Shown here piece after piece: positions 10,212-23,647 of a stretch of DNA of 45,580 nt. The notes under the pieces were generated by a model. It was not told the DNA's origin and did no database searches. It was given only the letters and a program-made list of their open reading frames with translations. The translations under genes were made by a program, and so were the position numbers. Each line of letters opens with the position of its first letter. Within the stretch, counting starts at the first letter, position 1. Origin of the DNA: Macrostomum lignano (taxonomy: Eukaryota); contig NIVC01002354.1 in NCBI GenBank assembly GCA_002269645.1, positions 1 to 45,580 of the forward strand, in the 5' to 3' direction.

Positions 10212-10909
10212 TGTGACGTAGTCAGTTTAAGGTGGTCCCGCAAAAGGGCCGTTGGACTACAATTTCACTACAATTGGTGGTAATCATTGGTGCTAATCAT
10301 TGCGTACATTGTAATCTTTGCGTACGTCTGTAGGGTCTCGCGCGATTAATAATTTCAGTTCTCGCTTTTCCCCCGCAAGCCAATGATAACTCTCCGCATT
10401 TATTATGCTAACCTCCCTGCGCTCCTTTATTAACCCCGCCTGGCGGCGGGCTGGGGGGGGGGGTTTCACCCCTTCCTTCCTTTCCTTCTTTCCCTCTCGC
10501 TTGTCTCTCCTTATCTCTCGCCACGGCCCCACCCTGTCTGGGCCAGACTTGTTAACGCATTCGTGCTCCACCTTGTACTGCCACGGACTAGCGCCCAATC
10601 ACGCCACTACTTGTCTACTTGTACTCACCGCCACCACCGTACTCAGCTTTATCACTTGCTACTTTGTTTCACCATCATCCATCATCTGCTTGACTTCATA
10701 ACTTAAATTACATCAACCCGTTGTTGCAGCCGCCAGTGCCCCAGAACGCTATAACTCTTGTATTGACATTAATCGTATTGACAAACGACAATAAACAGTT
10801 TACGGCAGTCCTCTGCCATCATACGCCAAGTGCTACCGCTACACAATCCACTCCGCAAGAGTTGACTTCACCATTAATTTGGGACTACAACGACTACAAA
10901 ACCGTGACA
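10212..10909 (+). mobile_element. Solo LTR, family 3 (698 bp)
   Basis: TGTGACG...GTGACA with 4-bp TSD CAAG on both sides; AATAAA near 10789. A homologous copy lies at 44556-45210. Confidence 0.85.
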
Positions 10910-13633
10910 CAAGAGTCAAGTACTGTTCCCTCCAGACTGGACTAGAACTAGAATATTGATTTGCAAAGAAACTTGGTAGAATAAAGCTTGGTACTTCTAC
11001 TGTTAATTTGCTGCTTCAATACTAAAATATATTATTTTATCACTCCCCAAATATGTTCCTTATTGGTTTAGCTATTGTCCTGCATATTTACTCTGCTTAG
11101 TTTCTCTTGAATACTTAAAGAGTACAATTTTTTCACTTAGTCTTAGACAGCAACTGCTGCACCGCTTTTTTGTTGTTATGCTTGAAAGCAACATATTACT
11201 TAAACATATTACAACATATTACTTAAACAACATCCTTACTTAAAAATATTCAGATAGATTCTATACTGTCCTGCTGTAAGCATTTGTGTAGTCTTAGATT
11301 CTATTCTGTTCTGTTTTATTCTATTCTAGAAATATACTTTTTAATACACATTTATATCAAGTTTCGTTTACACCTTCTATACTAACTATTAAGTCTTTTT
11401 GTATGACTTCATATTTTAGAATAAATGCAAAAATAGTTCCGGGGATTGGAGTTTCCCAGGTTCAAAATCCGCAGGTTTTAACAGCTTGTTATGTCCAGTC
11501 TCTACAATTGATTTTCAATTTAATGGCTGCTAATCTATTAAATCTATTAATCTATTAATTTAACCAAAAGTCATTAATATTATCATAGTATATTAGGCCT
11601 ACAAGAAAAGTTTGATGCATAATCTAAGCAACAAGGTATTGATTGTGCATTAGGCTGGACCTTATTTGCTTTATTTTGTTAATATATATCTACAACAAAA
11701 GCTAAAGAAAATGTTCTTTGGTTAATATAATTCTATAATATGGGATCTATCTCCCTAAGATTAACAGATCTCTATCTCCCTAAGATTAACAGATCTACAC
11801 TACTGTCAAGAATGTATCCAGTGTACGCCAGAGTTTTTTAGTGCAAAATTTGTATATACCAAATACACCAAAAAGTATAAACGTGACTGATATATATGCC
11901 AAAATTTCAAAATTATGCAACCCTATTTCTGCACTGCAACAATAAATGACCTTTTTGCATTGCTATATTTGACATTTACACATACACAATAACAAAATAA
12001 GTGTCAAGTCTATTTCTCCTTTATAAAAACTTGCAATTATACAAAGTTAGTGTCAGATTTCCATCCTCTAAATAATTTGTACTAGTGCTAATTATATACC
12101 TATATGATAATATGCTCGAATTTTCTTTCTATGTAATAGCTGTATAATCGAATAATATTGTAGCCTTTCTTAGAAATCAAATTTACGCGAAACGCTAAAT
12201 AATAGTTTTGTGGTAGGCGCGGGCACGGCCTCCCACTGCGCGTAATCCACCGGCTGGATGACTCAATGAACCGTTATTCCCGGCGTGGAAATCTGTGACA
12301 CTCAATGTAACTTTCCTTCCCACCCCCTGGCTTAGTTTTGTTTTTCCGTGCTTTTCCCTGGGATCCACCCGGTGCTATTTTCGTCACCACCCGGTGTAGC
12401 TCGTACCCGATCTTTTCCATTTGATGTGGCCGCAGCCTTCTGCTGAAAGCATAGGGCCGCAGTCACATCTTAGGCACTGCTGTCCGCTGCTAGTATCTGG
12501 AATAGGAATTTTTCTGCTGCCTCCATGCACTCTAAGCAGCCTTCCTTGGCGCTCAGAAGTTGCACAATATGGCGCAATCTTCAACATAGGAAATTAGGAA
12601 GTTTTGCCTAGCCTAGGGTTAGTTAGTGGAAGCCGCCAAATTTGGCGCTTACCTGTACTGTTGTTGCCTGGCCTGCCGCGTACAATCGCTCAGTGTACGC
12701 AAGTCTAGTTAGCCGCACTCCTCCCCTTGTGCGCTCTCTGGACCCTCTCCCCTTCTGCTCTCTCGTTCCTCCTGCGTCCGAGCCTCTCCCCATGCGTCAT
12801 CCTATTTTTAGACTGACGGTTTCGCGGACCCCGTGTCCCGAGCTGAACCCTCTCTCACGTGCGTGCTGCCTTGTGCGCACAAGCCCAAATTTGGCATGCT
12901 ATTGTCACTGGTGGCTTGAGGCGACTGTCGGCGCTTCGTACAAGCTACTTTCTCCCCCCATGTTTAATCAATCTGTTGTGCATCATTATCCGCACTTTTC
13001 GGCTGCAGTTCCATGGTCAAGCCCTTAGTGTTAAGTGCAACTAGAGCTAAATGCGCGTGACCTGATGTCTGCCACGGCAACGCCGGAGGATACAATGCGC
13101 TGGATGGCCAAGGTTGGGCTTATCGGCAACCAACGTACATGCTCCTGTCCAGCCCAGACCCCCATGAACCTGCAGCGTCGAACTGGTGATCGCTTCGTAG
13201 ATGGCTGGGCCTGGGACTGCAAGACTTGCCGCAGTCAGCAAAGCATCAGGAAGGACTCTTTCTTCGAGCGTAGTCACCTGACATTGCAGCAGCTTGTCAC
13301 CTTGCTGTACTGCTGGTCCAGGAATGAGACCAAGATGGCCGTGATGCACGAGTGTCGCATTAGCGATCATATGGCTGTGGACTGGCTTAACTTTGTCAGG
13401 GACATTTGCTGCCAGTACTTCATTGACCACCCGATGCAACTTGGTGGACTTGGCACTACTGTTGCAATCGATGAAAGCAATTTTTTTCATTGCAAATACC
13501 AGCAGGGTGCATACCGTGAGGGTCATTGGGTCCTTGGCATGGTAGAAAGGGGTAGCCTCAAGTGTGTGATGGTTGTTGTGCCTGATAGGTCTGCTCAGAC
13601 ACTGCTTCCTATAATCCAGCAGTTTGTCCTGCC

Positions 13634-15503
13634 CACAGATACTATAAACACTAGATAGGCCACTCAGGCTAATTTTCTGGGCAAGTTTTTTATTTTAATT
13701 TCTGCTTAGTAGCAATGAAAGGAAGCAACAGTACTATTTGCTAAATTAGACAAATCGAGTGACTGTTTTTTGAGACATCGTTTTGCTAACGCCATAAACA
13801 ACTAACTTGTTTTGTGCAGTAATGGTGTACATTAAGACACGACAGACAGTGTACAATGCCGCCATCTTTCAAAGTGGAGGAAGGGGGGTAGTCAGGAATA
13901 GGATTAATATCAGTTTCGTATAAGGCAGGGTGAGTGGATCGATAATTTAGACCCACTGGTGGTGGGATAGAAGATAAAGGACTGCACATAGCTAGCCTGG
14001 GTTAGGTGTGGGGGTTGAGAGGTTGTGGGTTAGAAAATTTGGGGGTGGCCAATCGTGCATTAAATACAAGCTTATATAGATAAACAGGACAAGAGTCAGA
14101 GTTAAAGAAAGTTCAAGTGCATACTAGCTTTTTTATCAAATCTCGTACTCGTAGAAATGTTTTGATTCGAACCACTGCTGTGCTCCCACTTGCACGAGCT
14201 CTGTGCTATTAACATCCGAGAAGGAAAATCTGTTGCGAATGCATAAATTACCAAAAGATGACACTGGCGAAGCGCTGGCAGCAGCTACTGCAGGAGCGTG
14301 GATATTGACCTTTATAAACAATTAAATCACGGGGCCTACGTGTGTTCAGCTTGCACTTTATGGACGAGGCCTACTGCTGCCTTACAAAGTGCCACGGCAA
14401 GACATCTGTTTTCGCTGGGATGCAATCCCACACCAAGAGTTGATGCTGTTATTGCTGCCTCGGCTCGTTCAAAAAGACCAGCTACCCTCTGTGCAAAGGA
14501 CTGATAAACGATGAAGAGGCAGACGACATGTACCCTCCAGTGCTGGGGCCAATTAGCAATCTATCTGCAGCCGAGCCTGCGACTTGCCTGCTGCCAGTGC
14601 TGTGGCAGAGCAACCTTCGGCTACCAGATTCTGCGCCAAGAACAGCTGTTGCGGCTGAAAGCTCTCACCTCTGCAGCCGATTTGCGGGTTCCAAGCGCTA
14701 GAGGCAACGATCAAGCGGCTGCAGCAACGATCCCGAAAGTGACAGGCAAATCAAGCGGCTGCAGTGGCGATCCCAAAAGCGACAGGCAAATCAAGCGGCT
14801 GCAGCAGCAACTCTCGATGGTCAAGGCAAGTGCAGCGCAGTCGTGCATCCATGGACTGTAGAGGCGTGGCTAGCGCAGCTTCCAGCGGTCGACTGGGCGC
14901 TCGCAGTCAGGGGTGCTCTGGTCAAAGGATGTCATCTCATTAGCAGCTCATTGCAGCTGCACCACAAAAGTCCTGCTGCCTATGAAGCTTATCGGCTGCC
15001 TGTTACAAAACCACTGAGGATTGGCTCTCCATTGGATACATCCCTGGACCTTGAAGAGGCGCATTCGCCAGTTTTTTCATCTGTTGGGCCGTGCTGAATG
15101 CTGCCTCTGAACAAAGGCAACTGGCGACCCAGTGCTTCGACAGCACGCTGCGAAAGTTTCACAAACAGATGAGCTGATTAAGATAAGAAATCTTTCTATT
15201 TTGCTACACGAATATGGAGTATATGATATAGCTCGTATTTGCTATACATAGTTGACTGGAATAATATAGCCTTCAATGCAATCTAAAGCATTCACAATAT
15301 TGCTTTGAATTGTAGAAAGTATAATTATAAATTTATTTTTGCAAATACAATCAATACAATTGCTGCATTGCATTCATTGTTTTTTATTTAAAAAATTTTA
15401 ATAACGCTAAAATTCTTTTACTACTACTAAGCAGAAAGTAGAGTAAACTGTCGTGTTGTGAAAATTAGCTGGAGTGGCCTATCTAGTGTTTATAGTATCT
15501 GTG
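13634..15503 (+). mobile_element. Non-autonomous P-superfamily (THAP9-like) element
   Basis: Perfect 32-bp TIRs beginning CACAG, with 8-bp TSD GTCCTGCC (13626-13633 / 15504-15511). Confidence 0.9.
14157..15170 (+). pseudogene. Degenerate THAP domain plus N-terminal P-transposase remnant
   Basis: Across frameshifts: HCCAPTC...HKLPKD...KRWQQLL...VCS.HF (THAP), then LWSKDVISLA, LHHKSPAAYE and QCFD. Confidence 0.75.
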
Positions 15504-17778
15504 GTCCTGCCTGGCACATGGGTCTTGACTGATGGTTGGCAAGCCTACAACCAAGTGGCAAATATAGTTGGTGGCCACGTAGACCACGGTGTCGTGAACC
15601 ATTGACTCTATTTCGTGGACCCAAATGATGTGACTCTCCACACCAACACAATTGAGGGAACGTGGGCACATTGCAAGGCCAAATTCAGGGCCATGCATGG
15701 AACAAGCAATGCCCTCTTTGAGGGCCACATCTAGGAGTTTATGTGGCACCAACTGTTTGGAGCAAATAAGGCTTTTGGAAACATGCTTTTCTAAATTTGC
15801 CACTACTACAGTGCTCAGTGACAAGCTCTGTATCCGCCACTAGAACACAATGACGAGTTGGCAAGTTTGGCAACCAGGGAGCTAAAAACTCTGCCACAAT
15901 CGTTACCAGACTCCAGATGGTATACATGTACGCCGGAATTTTCCAGCATACAGGGGGACCTAGATTACACATAGGCGTACAACTTGGCGTACAAAGGCGC
16001 CTGGCATGCCCTATTGGCATACGGCTTGGCGTATAGAGATTGCCAAGACCAGCAGGTGGGACCAAAAGTTCTGAGTCCTAACAATTAATCTACATAATTA
16101 GCATGCAAAAATGATTAAGTTTGCATTTGGCATAGTTTCCATGTACATAGTTACAGTAGCTAAATTTTAATCAGAACGAATGTCCGGCCCATTACAAAAA
16201 AAAGGCAATTAAATTTAAAAAACTGGGTTTAACCTTTCCAAGAAAGTGAAAGTAATACAAAAATAGTTAATTTTTATTTTGGCATATTTTTGTATGCAAT
16301 AAAAAGTTTGTTGGCATACATTGGCATACATGAGCTACGGAAGCTATTTTCGTTCCGGCATACAGTGGTACACAATCCTGACCCTGGAATTGTTAGAATG
16401 GTCTAAAACATCAATTTTTTTGTTGTTATTGTTTTCTGGTTTTAAACTTTCAAATTTAAACGAAAAATAATTTTGCATACGAAACTGCACTTTTGCCACA
16501 ATTTGGAATAGGCATATCAAAATTGAAATCAAATTTCAAAGCTAAAATGTATTGTAGTGTTCTGCCGTAATTATGGCTACGGCTACGGCAAATTATGGCT
16601 ATGACACTTTTGAAGCCATTTTTCATTATGGATTACGGTTACGGACATATTTTGAGCTTACAGTTACGGTTACGGATTACGGAGATTTTTTTAGACTTGC
16701 CGTAATTGGTAGCCATAACAAAAAAAAAGTTTTTAACTGTTTATTGTTATAAAAGAAAATTTTTATATCAACTTCAACCAGTTTTCATTTTGTTTTACTA
16801 GTTATTATTATTTTTTATATTTGTTAAGTTTCTAAATATCTACAAAACTTTTTGAAACCGAAAAACGAATTTTTTCCTGAATTTTCTCATTAGGCATATG
16901 GCATAGCATAGAATAGTGATAGCATGATAGCAGCGAGACAGAGAGAGCCAGTCAAAGCCTGCAAGAGACTAAGAATCTGGCATTCTTATTTCTTAGCCAT
17001 ACCCAGTGGAAAAAAATATCCGGGCGACGTCGTACGACGTCCGCCCCGAGTCGCCCCAAAATTTCTGAATAAAAATCCGGGATGCTTTAAAATAGTTTTT
17101 TAAGTTCGTAGTGCGAAGACAGAATAAGTAAACATGTCATATTTTCGTAAATGCTTGTGCTTTAGGTTTTGTGTCTTACAATCCGCCCTCAAGTTCGCCC
17201 ACCGGACGCTAGAAGACGCTAGTTTTGTATTCGCATAATAGGGTCTATTTTAAGCGTTTCAATTAGCAGCATTCTATGAGCACAGAAGGGCCTAACTGTG
17301 GTGCTTAAGTTTTCATTTTTGTGCAGGCATTTAATTCTTAATGTTTCACTAATTCTTAATTCATCCATGATGGACCTTGAAATTAGAAAATTTCATGACA
17401 TAGTAAGGCAACACTTAAAATATACGCATTTCACTACTTTGCTGTGTGAAAAGTAGTATCGCGTGTGTCTCGACACTTACGCTTGAAGACAATAGCAATA
17501 TAGTTTTACGTATAGGACTTTCTGGAATTAAAGACCTGATGGTAAAGACCGACTCTTTCTCTTTGCAAGAGAAAACGGCAGCAGTTTGTCACACGTTGAC
17601 TAGACATCCGCCATAGCTATAAGACAGACATTGCATCATATTAAATATTAGTTGGGGCTGAGGTTTAGATTTCATTTACATTTCAAAGTCAGTCATTTTA
17701 CTCATCCACGTTTTCATCGTTTCAGATTGCTCTCATAGACGGCTATCAGTGGCGGCTGGCGGGACTGACTATTAAGCT

Positions 17779-18199
17779 AATGTGACTAGACTAATCTGAC
17801 TAGACTAATCTGACTAGATTAATGTGACTAGACTAATGTGACTAGACTAATCTGACTAGACTAATCTGACTAGACTAATCTGACTAGACTAATGTGACTA
17901 CACTAATCTGACTAGACTAATCTGACTAGACTAATGTGACTAGATTAATGTGACTAGACTAATGTGACTAGACTAATCTGACTAGACTAATGTGACTAGA
18001 CTAATCTGACTAGACTAATGTGACTAGACTAATCTGACTAGACTAATGTAACTACACTAATCTGACTAGACTAATCTGACTAGACTAATGCGACTAGACT
18101 AATGTGACTAGATTAATCTGACTAGATTAATGTGACTAGACTAATGTGACTAGACTAATCGGACTAGACTAATCTGACTAGACTAATCTGACTAGACTA
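17779..18199. repeat. 14-bp minisatellite (AAT[C/G]TGACTAGACT), about 30 copies
   Basis: Direct reading of the array. Confidence 0.95.
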
Positions 18200-18310
18200 A
18201 AAGGTTAATAAGTTCGAGTGGAAATCATTTGAAATCATAAAACCAACTCAGTCGTGTAGGAAATCATTTCTAGATTGATTTTCAATTGAATCCGACTCGA
18301 TAAACTCGAT

Positions 18311-18435
18311 CACTCTGTTCTCGCTGTTCTCTCTCACTCTGTTCTCTCTCACTCTGTTCTCTCTCACTCTGTTCTCTCTCACTCTGTTCACTCTGTTCTC
18401 GCTGTTCTCTCTCACTCTGTTCTCTCTCACTCTCA
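18311..18435. repeat. CT-rich 15-bp repeat (ACTCTGTTCTCTCTC)
   Basis: Direct reading of the array. Confidence 0.9.
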
Positions 18436-19740
18436 GCTTAATCTGCTTTCCAGATATTCGCAGGCGGAGATTCCGGAAAATTCCTATACATTTAAATGGG
18501 GAAATCCAGGAAAATCAATCAGAAATTGCCAAGCTGTATCAATAGACTCAGATATGAGATTGTACACATCATTAGAGTGTGCCAGTCGGTGTCACCCGCA
18601 GAAAGAATCGTGTGTCTAGCTTAATCTGCTTTCCATATATCCGCAGGCGGAGATTCCGAAAAATTCCTATACATTTAAATGGGGAAATCCAGGAAAATCA
18701 ATCAGAAATTGCCAAGCTGTATCAATAGACTCAGATATGAGATTGTACACATCATTAGAGTGTGCCAGTCGGTGTCACCCGCAGAAAGAATCGTGTGTCT
18801 AGCTCAATCTGCTTTCCAGATATTCGCAGGCGGAGATTCCGGAAAATTCCTATACATTTAAATGGGGAAATCCCGGAAAATCAATCAGAAATTGCCAAGC
18901 TGTATCAATAGACTCAGATATGAGATTGTACACATCATTAGAGTGTGCCAGTCGGTGTCACCCGCAGAAAGAATCGTGTGTCTAGCTCAATCTGCTTTCC
19001 AGATATTCGCAGGCGGAGATTCCGGAAAATTCCTATACATTTAAATGGGGAAATCCAGGAAAATCAATCAGAAATTGCCAAGCTGTATCAATAGACTCAG
19101 ATATGAGATTGTACACATCATTAGAGTGTGCCAGTCGGTGTCACCCGCAGAAAGAATCGTGTGTCTAGCTTAATCTGCTTTCCATATATCCGCAGGCGGA
19201 GATTCCGAAAAATTCCTATACATTTAAATGGGGAAATCCAGGAAAATCAATCAGAAATTGCCAAGCTGTATCAATAGACTCAGATATGAGATTGTACACA
19301 TCATTAGAGTGTGCCAGTCGGTGTCACCCGCAGAAAGAATCGTGTGTCTAGCTCAATCTGCTTTCCAGATATTCGCAGGCGGAGATTCCGGAAAATTCCT
19401 ATACATTTAAATGGGGAAATCCAGGAAAATCAATCAGAAATTGCCAAGCTGTATCAATAGACTCAGATATGAGATTGTACACATCATTAGAGTGTGCCAG
19501 TCGGTGTCACCCGCAGAAAGAATCGTGTGTCTAGCTCAATCTGCTTTCCAGATATTCGCAGGCGGAGATTCCGGAAAATTCCTATACATTTAAATGGGGA
19601 AATCCAGGAAAATCAATCAGAAATTGCCAAGCTGTATCAATAGACTCAGATATGAGATTGTACACATCATTAGAGTGTGCCAGTCGGTGTCACCCGCAGA
19701 AAGAATCGTGTGTCTAGCTTAATCTGCTTTCCAGATATTC
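18436..19740. repeat. 183-bp tandem array, about 7.1 copies
   Basis: Units start at 18436, 18619, 18802 and onward. The identical 60-aa ORFs in the ORF track recur with a 183-bp period. Confidence 0.95.
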
Positions 19741-21321
19741 GTATTTCAAAGGCGGCGTTTTTATTAATTTGTTTATTTTTATTTATTTACAATTTCGCGC
19801 TGCAGGCGCTGATTTGTTGCCCTGCAGCAAATGCATGTGTGCAAAGCAGTAAAAACCAAAAGTAAGAGTAAAAAAATAAGCAAAAAAGTGCAAAATGTGG
19901 ATGGGCCAGATACCATTGCTGCTTCCCACTTAAAAAAGTGGGGGAAGCCATGCCTTACTGTCCTCGCCCCGTTTCTTCACCTAAAGTTTGGATTTAATTA
20001 TAATTTTTAATTTTAATTTTAATTTTAATTTTAGATTTAATTTTTAGTATATTTTCATTGACAACTTACTGTCTCTTTGCATGCCCACAAACGGTTTCTG
20101 ACGTTGGGTTGTAAATTACAGAAACAATATGCATGGTAAGAATAGAGAATATACTATGAAAATGAAGCATTTTTGGAAGTGCTGTGTTTGTTACAGGGGC
20201 ATTGCAATCAACATACATACAAACATACATTCGTGCTTTAAGTGTGCTGCGTTCGAGAGCAGTAATTTGTCTACTCGTGTATACACAAAATTCGCAGTAT
20301 ACTTCTAATTGAAATATAATTTTGCATTACTCAAAAGTAACAAGGGCGAACCTCGTTGGACTCACAAAGGTGCTGACTTTTTCCCCTCTGCTTCCTAACT
20401 GGCACCATAGATGCTATCTTTAGAAGAACTCCTTTGCTTTGGGGCCCAAATCTAAGTTGATATTGCTATTCCCATGGCAATTCCCATAGCATTCCCATGC
20501 TATTCCCATTGCTATTTCAAATGGAGTATACATAAACCCAGTTCTGTGAACGGGATAATTTTTTTAATGTACAGTAATATGTATGTCTGTGAGAAATAGC
20601 AAAGATCCTGACTAGCTGAGTTGACAAATAACAGTCACAGGCCTGTAACTGTCAGGGGACACTTGTCTTATCTGCTTAGAATTTCCATAGAATAGTGGAT
20701 TTTAAGTTGCTACCTTGCCCCACCGCAGATGCTAGTCAAGTCAAAGTTATGCTGTATGTATTTCAAGAGTAAACAAAGAAACCTGTTTCTTATCGCACAC
20801 CAGACACATCGCCCTTCAGCTTATCTCCGTCTGTTGTGGTCCCTGGTACGCTCGTCTGGGTTGCAAGCGAATTTGGGAAGCAAAAAATCGGCGGCCGTTT
20901 TGTCAACATAGGTGGGTGGATTCTGCCTAGGGCTCAAGTTCCCACACTATTTGCTCCTTATCTCTCCTAAATGTCTCCTAAATATTTTGAATATGAAGTA
21001 ATATAACGCAACCGACAGTCGGGCTGTCAAAACCCAAATCCAAGTTTAGAGTTGTGAAGAGTAGATGAGAAAATTTATGACAATGTTGCTCCTTATCTCT
21101 CCTAAATGTCTCTCCTTGAATTTACAGGACTGTATCGGAATGTCAAGGACGTTGAAGGCTGTGGAAATTTAGGGTCAGGATGTTCTAAAATCAATCATGC
21201 GACTTTTAGAAACAATAATTAATAGCAAGAAAACGTTGTTTCGATGAACGCAGTCAAGCTCTGCTACGAGCTCTGAATATAATGCTAGCGTAATAATAGG
21301 GAAAATTTTGTTGGACTCACC

Positions 21322-23285
21322 CTAATTACAATCACCTCCAGCCAGTGGAACAACGTAAAAGAGACCGGTCTCATCAGCTTCTGGCCTGCTGGCACTGCTG
21401 GTCGAGTCTGCAACAGACTTAGGAAGAAGCCAGCATTTCCATTCTGGCTTGCCGATCAGGACTTCTTCAGTCAACCGATAGATTCCAATCCCCAAACGCA
21501 TTGAGCTGTACGGTTGAGAATAAATTTCGCCCTCCGGCTTCAAAACTCGACCAGTTGCGACTCTCTCTTCGGTGATGTGTTCAATTAAGACGCAGATGTT
21601 TCTTATGAAGCATGCATTATCTCCCATCTTGGAGCTGTACTTTAACGGCTTGACTGGGTCATCATGCATCAAATTCCGGACACATACTATCTCGTTCACT
21701 GAATGTGCAGCCAGATGCCTAGTTACCTTGATGCGACGTTTGATGGCGCCAAGGTAGTTTTCAAAGGGAAATGTCGTAAAGCTATTAATGTTCCCATACA
21801 GTCGGACAAACTGATCGAAGTGCAGTAAGGCATGGATATTGTAGCTGATGGCCTCCTGGCCAAAGTAAATAGCCGTTTGCTCGACAAAAACTTCAACGGA
21901 GCTTTTAGCCTGATCCCAGTACTTAGTGTGTCTGTCGCTTGAGTAGACGTACATGGCGAAGTGCAGCAAGAGGAAATGGTTGTACAGTAATTCCGGCAAA
22001 AATCCCTTGAACAAGACGGGGCCCAAATAAAGAAGAAACTGCCGGTACTCGCTGGCCTTAAAAAACTTCAGATCAGAAAGTCGACGAGGTCTTCTTTGAA
22101 AATTTGAGGGTGTGTACTTCGTCAGTGCAGCAATTCGGTCGGACAAATGCGAGATTTGATCCTTCTTGACTTTACGGCCACCTTCTGGATCAAAGTAGAA
22201 GTAGAAAAATTTTCGTACAGCACCGAGGCACACCGCGTGTTGAAATTCCACAGGGAAAGAATTTACGAAGTCTACATTAGGCAGTTGCAACAAAGGCGAC
22301 ATAATTATATTTCCAGTCTTCCGCTGCTGGTTCGATTCCTGACCTGCGCGATACATCTCTCCGCATCGGCTCTCGCCCACCACCGTTGAGAAAGTCATTC
22401 TCTTCTTAAAATGAATGCCAACAGCTCTGCAATAACCGCATCCAGCATATGCGGTGTGTCCCAGAATGCCACAGATGTACGCTCTGGCCGGCGCATCGCA
22501 AACAAATCGAATTGCTGAAATCGTAATTTGCACGGATTCACTAATTCTTACTGGTGCAGAAAGAAACTTTTTTGCTTCATTACAGAATTCCCGCAGGTAA
22601 GCTTGAAGAGGCGGTTTGCCCTTGCCGGCATAAATTCCAACAGGAAATGGTCTTGGAAAAGCGTCAGGGATCATCATCAGAATCGGCCATAGACCAAATT
22701 GAGAAGACTTAAAAAGTGGGAGTCCATCCGAATTAAAAAGTGCACAGAAACTGTAGACCCTTGACTCGTTCGTGGAATGTAAATCATCTGGTCTCGTCAG
22801 ATTTAGCAGACCTTTTTTAGTAGCATTTGCAGATTCTCACCAATACCGAAGTACCGAAACTGACCCTCTCCCATCGGCTCAAGCGAGGTGTCAGTCTTCT
22901 CACCCTTCAGAATTTTATCAATCATGTACTTCGACCGCGGTGCCTGTACTCCAAGCTTGCGTAGGCCTCCAAGCAGTAGTTTAACTCCGTCACGTGGCAC
23001 CTTGTACAAAATGAAGAAGAGAATGAGAAGTGCTTCTAGCTTCTCTTCAAAGCTTCGCTTGTCTTCATCATCAGCATCTTCTTCTTCGCTCTCACTCTCT
23101 GGTGGCGATCGCAACTCGTCAAAGCAAGCTTTCCTGGTGACGCTGGCGTCAAAAGCAATGGGTTCGATTTCTTCTTCCGTCTTCGCCTTCTTCAATACCA
23201 TATTCTCATCAGTTGCCTCTTTTGGTTGCTCATCAAGAAGATCCAGGACAAACTTATTCGCCTTGCGCCTGATAGTCCACGACAT
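21322..23285 (-). CDS. EnSpm/CACTA-type transposase, about 654 aa if one -1 frameshift at 22812-22818 is bridged
   Basis: ORF1 ends YFGIGENLQMLLKK. The -1 frame continues stop-free through FNSDGLPLFKSSQFGLWPIL, VCDAPARAY, GHTAYAGCGYC, FQHAVCLG, FKASEYRQFLLYLGP, YNIHALLH and FPFENYLG. Confidence 0.85.
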
Positions 23286-23647
23286 TTTTTGTATTCGGAT
23301 TTGAGTAAAACTGTCAGATTTTGACTCAACTTTGGGTTTTGTATTGCATTTACAGTATTTTGAATTTCCTGCCTGCTAAAGCGATATTGAGTGATTTCTG
23401 CTTCGGGGAACAGGAATGCGGAGCGGAACGTGGGGGAGGTTGGGGAGAGGCAGCGGGGGTTGGGGGTCGAGGTTGCGATTTGTGGCTGGGAATTCAATAG
23501 CCAATAGGGGACGGAGTTTCGAAGCCCGCGTCAAACAAATGAGTTTTAAAACTTGAATATGAATGAAACTTCCGCAAAGTTCCGCTTCAATTAAAAGCTC
23601 CCCTTGCTCATTCATTCTTTTTTTCGGCTCATTTCCACGATATAACA
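23286..23647. promoter_or_regulatory. Putative bidirectional promoter between the transposase and accessory gene
   Basis: About 360 bp between divergent ATGs, with G-rich boxes at 23430-23470 and CCAAT near 23501. Confidence 0.45.

Larger units (their letters stand above)
13035..15830 (+). pseudogene. Merlin (IS1595/ISXO2-like) DDE transposase, split by an insertion
   Basis: N-terminal half 13035-13633 has a Cys-rich region, VAIDES and WVLGMVER. C-terminal half starts at 15512. Removing 13634-15511 gives FVLPGTWVLTDGWQAYN...HTNTIEGTW...EFMW. The C-terminal half has two stops. Element TIRs were not located. Confidence 0.9.

Noticed and set aside
16064-16081. AAAGTTCTGAGTCCT resembling part of the mariner TIR
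   Set aside because: It is a short partial match with no partner TIR or TA context.
11800-16360. TATGCCAA-rich inverted similarity as the Merlin TIRs
   Set aside because: The similarity is patchy, with no matching terminal bases or 8-9-bp TSD.
18436-19740. 183-bp array as a CRISPR array or as repeated 60-aa genes
   Set aside because: The units are contiguous with no unique spacers and no cas genes. The ORFs simply reflect a unit length divisible by three.
17747-19985. A separate DNA transposon enclosing the satellite block (CAGTGGCGG start)
   Set aside because: No complementary right end or TSD was found.
20460-20555. Orphan CCC-type terminus with GCTATTCCCA subterminal repeats
   Set aside because: No partner end was located, so it cannot be called as an element.
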